This document shows, in pieces, positions 10,344-18,997 of a DNA stretch of 64,000 bases (position 1 is the first letter of the stretch; every line of letters begins with the position of its first letter). The DNA is from an uncultured Phycisphaerales bacterium. GTDB lineage: Bacteria; Planctomycetota; Phycisphaerae; Tepidisphaerales; Tepidisphaeraceae. The notes under the pieces are model-generated. The model had not been told where the DNA came from and made no database searches. It saw only the letters and a program-made list of their open reading frames with translations. A program made the translations under genes and the position numbers. The stretch lies in NCBI GenBank assembly GCA_963758525.1, contig CAVWVQ010000003.1:4000001-4064000 (forward strand), in the 5' to 3' direction.

Positions 10344-10700
10344 CTATCGATGTCCGCCGCCGCCGCCCGAATGTCCTCCGCCGCCGCCACCAAAGTGTCC
10401 GCCGTCGCTGAAATGTCCCCCGGCACGTGCTCCGAGGGATGCGCGGCCTCTTGCGCCTTCGCGGTCGCCGCCGTCGTGACCAAACGCGTGATAGTCGTGA
10501 TAGTGGTGATAGTCGTGATAGTGGTGATCCCTGTCATACCATCCGTAGTAGCCGCCGTAGCCATAGTCGTAGTAACCCAGTTGGCCGTTCCACTCAGGAC
10601 TGTCGTCGTAACCGACGGGGACGCAACCGACCGCACTCAGCAGCATGGCCACGGCAAGCGGTAACATCCACATCGCCGCTCTTCGTTTTGTCCTTGTCAT
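10344..10700 (-). CDS. Small lipoprotein with Tyr/His-rich middle and Gly-rich tail
   Basis: Lipobox SAVGC, then YYDYGYGGYYGWYDRDHHYHDYHHYHDYH and GGGGGGHSGGGGGHR. Confidence 0.7.
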   Translation of the reverse strand: MTRTKRRAAMWMLPLAVAMLLSAVGCVPVGYDDSPEWNGQLGYYDYGYGGYYGWYDRDHHYHDYHHYHDYHAFGHDGGDREGARGRASLGARAGGHFSDGGHFGGGGGGHSGGGGGHR

Positions 10701-10829
10701 GATTGCATCTCCGCCCCAGCCAATCATATTAGATGTGCGCAGCCGATTTGCGGAACGCCAATTCTTGTCGCCGGCGGACGGGGTTCCACGGCGTGTGGCC
10801 AAAAACAGGAGTCGGCCTTCTGCCTCTCT

Positions 10830-10884
10830 GTAGCACAGCCGTCTCGGCTGTGATTTCGGGCCACAGCCGAGACGGCCGTGCTAC
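10830..10884. repeat. GTAG-type REP doublet, family B
   Basis: GTAGCACAGCCGTCTCGGCTGTG with an inverted copy ending GTGCTAC. A second copy lies at 53385-53437. Confidence 0.9.
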
Positions 10885-10954
10885 GCAAGTGCGTCAATTG
10901 TTGCTAGAAGATGCACGGCAGCGGGGGAGTCGGTAGCATTTCAACGGGCAACGC

Positions 10955-12613
10955 ATGCAATTCCAAACTGCCGCGCAAATTCCGGGGGACGTGGCACGCG
11001 CTTCTGAGGTGGCGCGGGTGCTGATCAAATACGGACTTGCCGAATGGCTCAAGGGAACAGAGTGGGAGCCGGTGCGGCGGATGCTCACCAGCCATGCCGG
11101 CGAGATTCTGACGGACCAGGATTTTGCCGTTCGCGTTCGGCTCGCGCTCACTGACCTTGGCACCACCTTCGTCAAGCTGGGGCAGGTGTTGGGCACCCGG
11201 CCGGATCTGGTCGGCCCGGAAGTGGCTCATGAGTTGTCGCGCTTGCAGAGCGGGACGCCTCCCGATGCGCCCGGGGTTGCGCTCGCAACGATCGAGAAGG
11301 AACTGGCGCGGCCCATCGCCGAATGCTTCCTCGACTTTGAACCGACGGCGATGGCCTCGGCGTCGATCGGGCAGGTGCATCGCGCCAAGCTGCTCGACGG
11401 ACGCCCCGTGGTTGTCAAGGTGCAGCACCCTGGCATCGAAGCGACGATCCGCCGCGACCTGAGCATCCTTTCCACGTTTGCCGCGCTGGCAGAGCGACAG
11501 GAGGAGCTGAAGCACTATCAGCCCGTCGCGGTGGTGCGCGAGTTTCGCCAGACGCTCATGCGCGAGCTCGATTTCCGCCGGGAGATGCGCAATCTTCAGC
11601 AGTTCCGCCAGAACTTCACCGCCGATGAGACGGTTGCATTTCCCAAACCCTATCCGGACATGAGCGGCGGCCGGGTGCTGACCATGCAATTGCTGAAGGG
11701 GACCAGCGTGGGCGACGGGACGAAACTGCGTCAGAAGCAGATTGACTGCGCGGCCGTGGCGCGCCAGGGAGCCGGGGTGTTCGTGCAGATGATTTTCCGC
11801 GACGGGTTTTATCATGCCGATCCGCATCCGGGGAATATTCTGGTCATGAGCAAGGGGCGCGTCGGAATACTCGATGCCGGGATGGTGGGGCGGATCGACG
11901 ACGAGCTGCGCGAACACATCGTGGAGATTCTGCTGGCCGCCGCCGATCGCGACGCGGCGCGGCTCGCCGACGTTATCGCCATCATCTGCAAGGCGCCGGC
12001 AACCCTCGACCGCGCCGGCGTGAGCGCCGACCTCATGGAAGTCTTCGGCCAGTACGGCACGCAGGCGGTCGATCAATTCGACGTCGGCGGCGCGCTCACC
12101 GCCGTCACGAGGATTCTGCACGAATACAAGCTGTTCATGCCCAGCCGGCTCTCAATGCTCATCAAGTGCCTGATCGTCTTGGAGGGAACCGGGAAAGGGC
12201 TCAGCGCCAATTTCAGTTTGGCCGAGCTGCTCGCGCCCTATCGTCGCCAGTTTGTGCTGCGGCAATTCTCCCCCGAAACCTGGCTGCGCAAGGCCAAGCG
12301 CCTGAAGCGCGACTGGGAATTGCTGGCTGAATCAATTCCGCGCGGTTTCAACAATCTGCTGGAACAACTGCAGGCAGGGCAGTTCGCCATTCGTTTCAAA
12401 GATCCGCAGTTGGAAACTTCGGTCAACCGGATGGTCTATGGCTTATGCACCAGCGCGCTGCTGCTTGCCTCGGCAATGCTGTGGGTGCATGACGTACCCC
12501 CGACCATTCATGGGACATCCATTCTCGGCGCCGCCGGTTACCTCGTCGCCATGTTTCTCGCCGCCCGCGTGCTCTGGCAAATCCGCGGGTCGGAAAAAGG
12601 GAACAAGGATTGA
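10955..12613 (+). CDS. ABC1/UbiB (AarF) family atypical kinase
   Basis: FVKLGQVL, ASASIGQVHRA, VVKVQHP, FYHADPHPGN and LDAGMVG, with two C-terminal TM helices. Confidence 0.92.
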   Translation: MQFQTAAQIPGDVARASEVARVLIKYGLAEWLKGTEWEPVRRMLTSHAGEILTDQDFAVRVRLALTDLGTTFVKLGQVLGTRPDLVGPEVAHELSRLQSGTPPDAPGVALATIEKELARPIAECFLDFEPTAMASASIGQVHRAKLLDGRPVVVKVQHPGIEATIRRDLSILSTFAALAERQEELKHYQPVAVVREFRQTLMRELDFRREMRNLQQFRQNFTADETVAFPKPYPDMSGGRVLTMQLLKGTSVGDGTKLRQKQIDCAAVARQGAGVFVQMIFRDGFYHADPHPGNILVMSKGRVGILDAGMVGRIDDELREHIVEILLAAADRDAARLADVIAIICKAPATLDRAGVSADLMEVFGQYGTQAVDQFDVGGALTAVTRILHEYKLFMPSRLSMLIKCLIVLEGTGKGLSANFSLAELLAPYRRQFVLRQFSPETWLRKAKRLKRDWELLAESIPRGFNNLLEQLQAGQFAIRFKDPQLETSVNRMVYGLCTSALLLASAMLWVHDVPPTIHGTSILGAAGYLVAMFLAARVLWQIRGSEKGNKD

Positions 12614-12787
12614 AGTGGAACAGGCGGGCCCCGAGTACTGTGCCGCCGAGATTCGATCAGTTAGGATAGAAAGCATGCGTCTTCGGTTCACAAGTTGATG
12701 ATAATACTGAATGCGGAACCGAAGGAAGCAGATGAGAGCAGTTCGTGGCCAGCCGTTTCGACACGCTGAACTGCGAAAATGAGGTGA

Positions 12788-13045
12788 ATGGCGATGGTTG
12801 CGACAATCGTTTTCAAGGGCGTCGTTCATGGAAAGACCATCGAATTGGATCACGAACCGGGTCTGCCAGACGGACAGCAGGTCAATGTGACGGTTCAGCC
12901 CACTGCCGAAAGCCGGATGCTGGCACCCGGTGAAGGGCTGCGACGTTCGTTTGGGGCGTGGGCGGAGGATGCGGACGAACTCGATCAGTTCCTTGAGTGG
13001 AATCGCCAGCGACGAAAGTTAGGTCGTGAGGAACTCGGTTCATGA
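12788..13045 (+). CDS. Putative antitoxin
   Basis: Small protein (KGVVHGKTIEL..PGLPDGQQVNV) whose stop overlaps the PIN toxin start (ATGA). Confidence 0.75.
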   Translation: MAMVATIVFKGVVHGKTIELDHEPGLPDGQQVNVTVQPTAESRMLAPGEGLRRSFGAWAEDADELDQFLEWNRQRRKLGREELGS

Positions 13046-13440
13046 GCTTCCTCCTCGACACAGATATTTGTTCTGCCTATCTCAAAGGTGATCGTTTGGT
13101 GGGGAATCGTTTTCTGCAGTATACCGGCGGTCTGCGCGTCTCAATGATCACGCTGGGAGAGCTCTATACCTGGGTTTTGCGAGCAAAGGCTTCGCCAAAA
13201 CGAGCGCAGGCGCTCATTGACCTGCTGAACGACGTGACCGTGCTGGATGTGACGTCAGACGTAGCACACAAGTTCGGAGAGATGCGGGCTGACTTGCTCG
13301 AACGGGGCTTGCCGCCCTCGGATTTGGACCTGCTAAATGCGGCCACCGCGCTTGTACATAATCTCACCTTGGTTACTCATAACACACGCGACTATCTGAC
13401 GGTTCCCGGTCTGCATCTCGCGGACTGGCTCATTCCGTAA
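13042..13440 (+). CDS. vapC: VapC PIN-domain toxin
   Basis: FLLDTDICS, ITLGEL and DLLNAATALVHNLTLVTHNTRDY. Confidence 0.92.
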   Translation: MSFLLDTDICSAYLKGDRLVGNRFLQYTGGLRVSMITLGELYTWVLRAKASPKRAQALIDLLNDVTVLDVTSDVAHKFGEMRADLLERGLPPSDLDLLNAATALVHNLTLVTHNTRDYLTVPGLHLADWLIP

Positions 13441-13476
13441 ATAGTCTACGCGCTCGCCGCAAACCTCCATCAGTGC

Positions 13477-14219
13477 TCATCGCCCCGCGACAGTCGTTCT
13501 CTCTGTCGTTTCGGCGGTCTGAACTTTTCCGCGAAGCTCGGCGCGGATCGCGTTGGCGCGGTCCAGCGTCATGGAGCCGTCGGGGCTGCTGCCGACGATG
13601 CAAAAGAGCCCGCCGCCGGAGGTGAAAGAGGCGATGGGATGGCCCGCTTCGATTTGATCGAAGGACGCGTTGTTTTTCGCGGTGGCAACCATGCGAGCGG
13701 GGAGTGAGAAGACCGAGACGTCTTCCTTGCCGCGCTTGAACACCAGATGCGCCGAATCCTGCGAGCCGACGGGGCAGATCAAAGCGCCCGGAAGCTCCAG
13801 TCATCGCCGGGCGATCCCGCCAGGACGGGCCAGCCCAGACGCCGGCTCAGCACGGCGGCAATCGCCGCGTAATTACTGCGGGGAATGCCGGGCATGTGGT
13901 GATCCTCGTGGCTGCAACACTCGTCGTGACGGTCCACCAACTCAGATGCCAGCGGTTCGGGCAACGTTGCCGCGGCGACTTGCGTCGGCGGGGTGACGCC
14001 ACGCATCCGATATCCCACCAGTGCCAGGCCGATCAGCACCACAGCCGCCGCCGCGAGCGCGAACCGCAAGGCGCGTCTCGCCACGCCGGATGGCGAACGC
14101 GACGAGGCGCTGCGGACGCGCTCGATCAACTCCGGGGGCGCAACATCATCTTTCCAGGCGCGGCGGATCGCGTCCTTCAATGCACCATCATCGAACGTTT
14201 CAAAATCCTTCGGTTCCAT
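13477..14219 (-). CDS. Transmembrane anti-sigma factor (frameshift near 13787)
   Basis: Lies downstream of the ECF sigma, with APPEL.ERV, one TM helix and an extracytoplasmic domain. One extra G in the CGGG run joins the halves as FRGALICPVG...AHLVF. Confidence 0.78.
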
Positions 14220-14332
14220 CGCACTTCGCCCACTCGCCCGCGCCGCCACGTTTCGCCCCCTTGCGAACATTATCAGACACCGGGAATCAGCGCGTGCATT
14301 GCTACGGGCTCTTAACCGCTCGTGCCGCTTCG

Positions 14333-14875
14333 CTATTCCCGGATCATCCGCCTTTCCTGCCCGAAGGCGTGCAATGATTTGAGCAGCAACTGGCGAGCGC
14401 GGTGCAACCGGCTCATGACCGTGCCAATCGGAGACTCGATGGCCTCGGCAATTTCCTTGTAAGAGAAGTCTTCCACGGCCCACAGCATCAGCACCGCCTG
14501 ATATTCTTCCGGCAGAGCATGCAAGGCCTTGACCAGCTCCTCGTCCATGTTCTGAAACTGGTCGCGCACGATCGGAATGCCGGCGCCGTGGTCATCGCCC
14601 CACGTTTCCAGCGACTCGGCATCGGCTGATCGAGGCTGATGGCTTTCGCGCTCCGCCCGGCTCAAATGCACGTTGCGCATGATGCGCACGAGCCACGGGC
14701 GAATCCCATATTCCTTGAGGTCGAAGCTGTCGCGCGAACGCAGCGCACGCAGAAACGTCTCCTGCACCAGATCGCATGCACGGTCGGAGTTGCGCGTCAG
14801 CCGGCGCGCGGTCCGATAGAGCATGTCCATCTGCTCCATCGCCAGCGCCTCGAATTGAGCTTGCGAAAGTTTCAC
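14333..14875 (-). CDS. ECF RNA polymerase sigma factor
   Basis: LYRTARRLT..DLVQETFLRA, WLVRIMRN and SYKEIAEAIESPIGTVMSRLHRAR. Confidence 0.93.
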   Translation of the reverse strand: MKLSQAQFEALAMEQMDMLYRTARRLTRNSDRACDLVQETFLRALRSRDSFDLKEYGIRPWLVRIMRNVHLSRAERESHQPRSADAESLETWGDDHGAGIPIVRDQFQNMDEELVKALHALPEEYQAVLMLWAVEDFSYKEIAEAIESPIGTVMSRLHRARQLLLKSLHAFGQERRMIRE

Positions 14876-14954
14876 CGATCCGCACCCGAGTCGTTACTCA
14901 ATCATCCACCGCAATCGCGCGCTACCGAATCACACTTCTGAAAACCGTTTGTTG

Positions 14955-15088
14955 AGGGTTCAGGGTGTCAAGTTCAGCACTATTTTTCGCTGAACCCTGA
15001 ACCCTGAACCCTGAACCCTGAACCCTGAACCCTGAACCCTGAACCCTGAACCTGAACCCTGAGACCCTGAACCCTGAATCCTGAACCC
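14955..15088. repeat. Heptamer tandem array (CTGAACC)~14 with a short inverted arm
   Basis: 8 perfect units at 14990-15045 plus 6 further units, some variant. Inverted arm AGGGTTCAGGGTGTCAAGTTCAGC at 14955-14978. Confidence 0.95.
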
Positions 15089-15099
15089 GCACGCTTTCA

Positions 15100-17598
15100 T
15101 CAAAATTCGATCCGATCGTCCTGATCTTCGATGGATGTCTCTTCATCGTTTTGCACAAATGCCGTGTCGAGCGATCTTACAGTCTGTTCCTCGGAAACGC
15201 CTTCGATAAAGTTGGCATCTTCCGCCTCCCCCGGCGCGGAATCTTCCGCGATCGTCAGTTGCCGCTCCGGCGGCGCCTCTGCCGTCACGCTTTGATCCTC
15301 CGTTGCGGTCGTATCATCTTCCTGAAGTTCGGCCGAGTCGGCGCCCTCACTGATCACTGGCAATTCCCCGCTGCCGATCGTGTCAAGTTCGCCGGTTTGA
15401 TGAGTTGTGGGCGGTTGACTTGCGGGCGGCGCGGGGCTGAGGTTGGCGATGAGCGAGGTATTCAACAGCGCCGCCAGGCTGGCGACGGTCGCCCGTAGCG
15501 CGTCGTCGGAGAGGTCCGGCGCAAGATCCGTCAGCTCCGTCGAAAGCGGCCGCATCTTGTGAAGTTCGGGAATCTCCGGGCGTCCGCACAGGCGCGGAGA
15601 CGCCAATCGGTGCCGGAGCGTGTCCGAAATGGACTTCAGGCGTGCATCGACCCGGCGCAATCTTTTTGCGGCCGCGTCGAGCGCGGCATTGCAGTCCGTA
15701 TAGGTCTTGGCGTATTTCGGAGGAACGATCAGGGCGCCGGTCAGTTCGTGCCGGCTCGAGCGCGTTGCGATCGCGGCAATGCTTTCGGTTGCCTGACGGG
15801 ATTTCTGTTGCAACGCGTCGCGCTCGGCCGCAAGCCGCGGAACCAGCGCGACCGCGCGCGTCAGCAGAAAGTGGGTCGCGAGCCGGGCTTTATAACTCGA
15901 CAATTCCGTCAATTCCGCGATCAGCGCATCCCATCGGTGGTGGGCGCGCCGATGCGCCGCGCGCGCCGCCTGTTGCGCTTCTATCCCGGCGAAGAGGTTC
16001 AACATGCGCCCGCACCACGATTCCGCTTCATCCGCCAACACCGATTGCAGCTTGGGCAGCAGCGTGGTTGTCTGCTGACAGGCATATTCCAACTGCAGCA
16101 GCGGCTCGTCGACACTCTCGGCAAGCTTGATGATGATCGGCGCGGCCGCATTGTCGCCGCCAGGAAGCATTGCAGTGGCGCTCCCGTTGGCTCCGTGACC
16201 GAGCACCGAGTCGTCCGCTGCATTGCGAACCTCGATCGCGCCGCCGTTGCTCGCGCTGACAACGATCGTTGTCGCGCCCACCACGACTTGCTGCTCCAAC
16301 TGGAATGGCCCGAACGCGCCTTCCGCGGACTTGACGAAATAGCCGCCGACCGCATCGCTGTTCAGGCTCGCGATCTGCTGCTCCAGTGCCGCAGCCTTTG
16401 AGAAGAGGTCGATATATTCGCGCCACCGGCCGATCGTTCGCAGCGCCAGCACCTCGGCCCGCGCGCGCAGCAGCGCCGGCTCCAACGCCGCCATGGTTTC
16501 CGTCGCCGTATGTCGGGCAAATTCGACGTCGTCGTCCGCTTCCGCAAGCTTTTGCTTCAAATGCCGCGCGATGACGCACTCGTCCGCAAGCGCATTGGGC
16601 GGCCGCTTGAGATCGATCGAAGCCAGTTGCGCCCGCAACGTTGCGAACCCCTGCGCCGCCTCAGTGTAAGCTGTCGGCAAATGCAGCAGTGACGGCCCCA
16701 ACTCCGATGCCGATGGAATGAGTTGTGCCGCTTGCTCCGCGCTATCAAATTCCGCGGTCACCAATCCCGAGAGCTTGTCGGTTTCGACCGAGAGTTGCGT
16801 CATCGCCGGCGTCAGCTCCGCCGATTCAGCGAGCACCGTCTTCGCCCAGGCCTTGAGCCGGCGCACGTGTTCCCAGGATGGAACCGAAGCCGGGAGATCC
16901 AGGGCGCACTGATCGAATTCGTGAGCCCGATTCCGCAGCTCGGCGGGAATGTCGGGCTCCAGAAAGAGTCGCATTGCCACGCGCGTCTGATGGCCAAATG
17001 CCCGAACCTGCTCGACGTTCGGCCCCGCTGCCTCGCCGGAGAGCGCCGCGATGAGCTCGGCCATCGCGCGACGCATCTGTTCGAGCGTTGCCGGCCCAAA
17101 CCGGTTGATCCGCCCCAGCGGCTCGCCTCCCGCGTTCCGTGAGAAGTCCCCCCGCGCATCGAGAGGGAGCAGCCCCGGGTTGTCGCTCAACCATTGCAGC
17201 GCGATCATATTGACCACCGCTGCCGGGTCGTACGTCCGCCACGCCAGGTACTCGCCGATGCGTTGGATCACGTCCGCGAGGGTGTCCGCGATCTGCCAGT
17301 TGGAGGTGAAAGGCACGCCGTCCGGGGAGATGTTCGGGTGGAATACGTTGACGAGCGGCCGCACCAGCGGCGCCTGAGTCGGATACCCCGGCGGGATCCA
17401 GATCTCCATCGGCACCGCGTTCACGTATTGCAACTGCTCGTCGGCATCGAGCACCAGCGAGCGAACGCGGAAATCCACCTGATAATGCGAGGGAGGATCG
17501 CCGCGCAACGCGGAGACAGCGACAAACGGGTGATATGCGAACGCCCGGTGCGCCCGAGCCACTCGGCGCGCAGCCGCTCGATCTGGCTGTCGCTCCAC
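15100..17598 (-). CDS. Ubiquitin-conjugating enzyme (E2/UBC)-fold protein lacking the catalytic Cys, fused to long helical regions and an acidic tail
   Basis: GDPPSHYQVDF...IPPGYPTQAPLVRPLVNVFHPNI...W...LADVIQRIGEYL...N..A..W matches the E2 pattern. The expected Cys after HPNI is absent. Confidence 0.8.
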   Translation of the reverse strand: MERQPDRAAARRVARAHRAFAYHPFVAVSALRGDPPSHYQVDFRVRSLVLDADEQLQYVNAVPMEIWIPPGYPTQAPLVRPLVNVFHPNISPDGVPFTSNWQIADTLADVIQRIGEYLAWRTYDPAAVVNMIALQWLSDNPGLLPLDARGDFSRNAGGEPLGRINRFGPATLEQMRRAMAELIAALSGEAAGPNVEQVRAFGHQTRVAMRLFLEPDIPAELRNRAHEFDQCALDLPASVPSWEHVRRLKAWAKTVLAESAELTPAMTQLSVETDKLSGLVTAEFDSAEQAAQLIPSASELGPSLLHLPTAYTEAAQGFATLRAQLASIDLKRPPNALADECVIARHLKQKLAEADDDVEFARHTATETMAALEPALLRARAEVLALRTIGRWREYIDLFSKAAALEQQIASLNSDAVGGYFVKSAEGAFGPFQLEQQVVVGATTIVVSASNGGAIEVRNAADDSVLGHGANGSATAMLPGGDNAAAPIIIKLAESVDEPLLQLEYACQQTTTLLPKLQSVLADEAESWCGRMLNLFAGIEAQQAARAAHRRAHHRWDALIAELTELSSYKARLATHFLLTRAVALVPRLAAERDALQQKSRQATESIAAIATRSSRHELTGALIVPPKYAKTYTDCNAALDAAAKRLRRVDARLKSISDTLRHRLASPRLCGRPEIPELHKMRPLSTELTDLAPDLSDDALRATVASLAALLNTSLIANLSPAPPASQPPTTHQTGELDTIGSGELPVISEGADSAELQEDDTTATEDQSVTAEAPPERQLTIAEDSAPGEAEDANFIEGVSEEQTVRSLDTAFVQNDEETSIEDQDDRIEF

Positions 17599-17871
17599 GC
17601 GACCGGGATCATTGCGAACGCCGGCGGCGGCAACGCAATCCGCCCCACGACCGCGGCAGACGTATCATTCCGCATGCGAGTCTTCCAAAGGTTCAGCGGC
17701 CCGCAACTTTGACGTCACGCGCGGACCGCGCTGCATCGACGAAGCATTCCTCGTCCGCCGGTATCGCGGGGAAGAAAAACCATCGACCGAACTTATCACA
17801 GACGCGCCCGTGACACCGCGCGGCGGCGCGGTTTGTGCGTCGCTCAAGATGTGCCTATACTACCGGCCTTC

Positions 17872-17944
17872 GGGGCCGTAGCTCAATTGGGAGAGCACTG
17901 CCTTTGCAAGGCAGGGGTTGTCGGTTCGAGCCCGTCCGGCTCCA
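17872..17944 (+). tRNA. tRNA-Ala(TGC)
   Basis: GGGGCCGTAGCTCAATTGGGAGAGC, anticodon arm CTGCC-TTTGCAA-GGCAG, GGTTCGAGCCC T-arm and an acceptor stem with the G3:U70 pair. Confidence 0.96.
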
Positions 17945-17980
17945 TTTCGTGTAAAAGACAACATTGTCACACGCTGGATC

Positions 17981-18005
17981 AAGCCTCGCTTTGCGAGGCT
18001 TTTTT
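17981..18005 (+). terminator. Rho-independent terminator after tRNA-Ala
   Basis: AAGCCTCGC-TTT-GCGAGGCTT hairpin followed by a T-run. Confidence 0.85.
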
Positions 18006-18200
18006 CATGGAATGCGCATGCGAAGCCGGTTTCAGAAATACGCGCGGTGGCATCACCAAATCGGGCGGACGAAGCCGAGGCTGCCTGGGCTTGAGCCCCG
18101 TCCACCCCGTGCAGCCGATTGTGCGGCGCGCCAAGGTGTCAGGCGCCATCGCGCGACTACAATCGCAGAGCCGAAGTGAACACAACGCAACGGCAAACTC

Positions 18201-18794
18201 ATGGCGAAGACGAAGCGACAGCGCAAGAGAAACCAGAGCCACAGGGCGGGTGACGCGCTGCTGGTGATCGATGTCATCAACGATCTCGAGTTTCCCGGCG
18301 GGGACAATGTGCTTCCGTGGGCCATGAAAATGGCGAAAACACTTTCGTCCTTCCAGGCAAAAGCCAGACGGGCTGGGATGCCGGTGATTTACGTCAATGA
18401 CAACTTTCAGATGTGGCGCAGCAACTTCAATGACGTGATTCGCCACTGCGAAAGACGCGGGGCAAGAGGCGCCACAACAACCAGGCGGATGCGGCCCAAG
18501 GCGACCGACTACTTTATTCTCAAGCCGAGGCATTCGGCTTTCTTTGCCACATCCCTGTTGCCGCTCCTTCAAGATCTGAACGTCAAGCGGCTGATTCTCT
18601 CTGGAATCGCGACCAATCTCTGCGTTCTTTTCAGCGCTCACGACGCCCAGATGCTCCGCTTTCCAATGGTGGTGCTCTCCGATTGCTGCGCTGCTGAAAG
18701 CGATTTCGATCACGACGTGGCGCTGGGTCAATTGAAGCGGTTCTGCGATGCCGAGGTGTGTCTCAGTACGGAGTTCCGGATCAAGAAGAGATAA
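18201..18794 (+). CDS. Isochorismatase-family cysteine hydrolase
   Basis: ALLVIDVIND, KPRHSAFFAT and GIATNLCV. Confidence 0.9.
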   Translation: MAKTKRQRKRNQSHRAGDALLVIDVINDLEFPGGDNVLPWAMKMAKTLSSFQAKARRAGMPVIYVNDNFQMWRSNFNDVIRHCERRGARGATTTRRMRPKATDYFILKPRHSAFFATSLLPLLQDLNVKRLILSGIATNLCVLFSAHDAQMLRFPMVVLSDCCAAESDFDHDVALGQLKRFCDAEVCLSTEFRIKKR

Positions 18795-18997
18795 GTCGCC
18801 TCTCCTTTTCTCTTTCCTCACCCAAGTTTTCGTCAGCACCGTTCCCCCGCGCGGCATCCAAGCGGATCGCAACGCCTACAACATGCGGTGATCGCGCATC
18901 GACTGTGCCGGGTCGCGCGTGATCGCTGCCTCTGGAGTTCATCCGCCGGCCGGAAGGCTGCTTCCGCTTCTTCGAATTGCTGTTCGATCGCCGGAGG

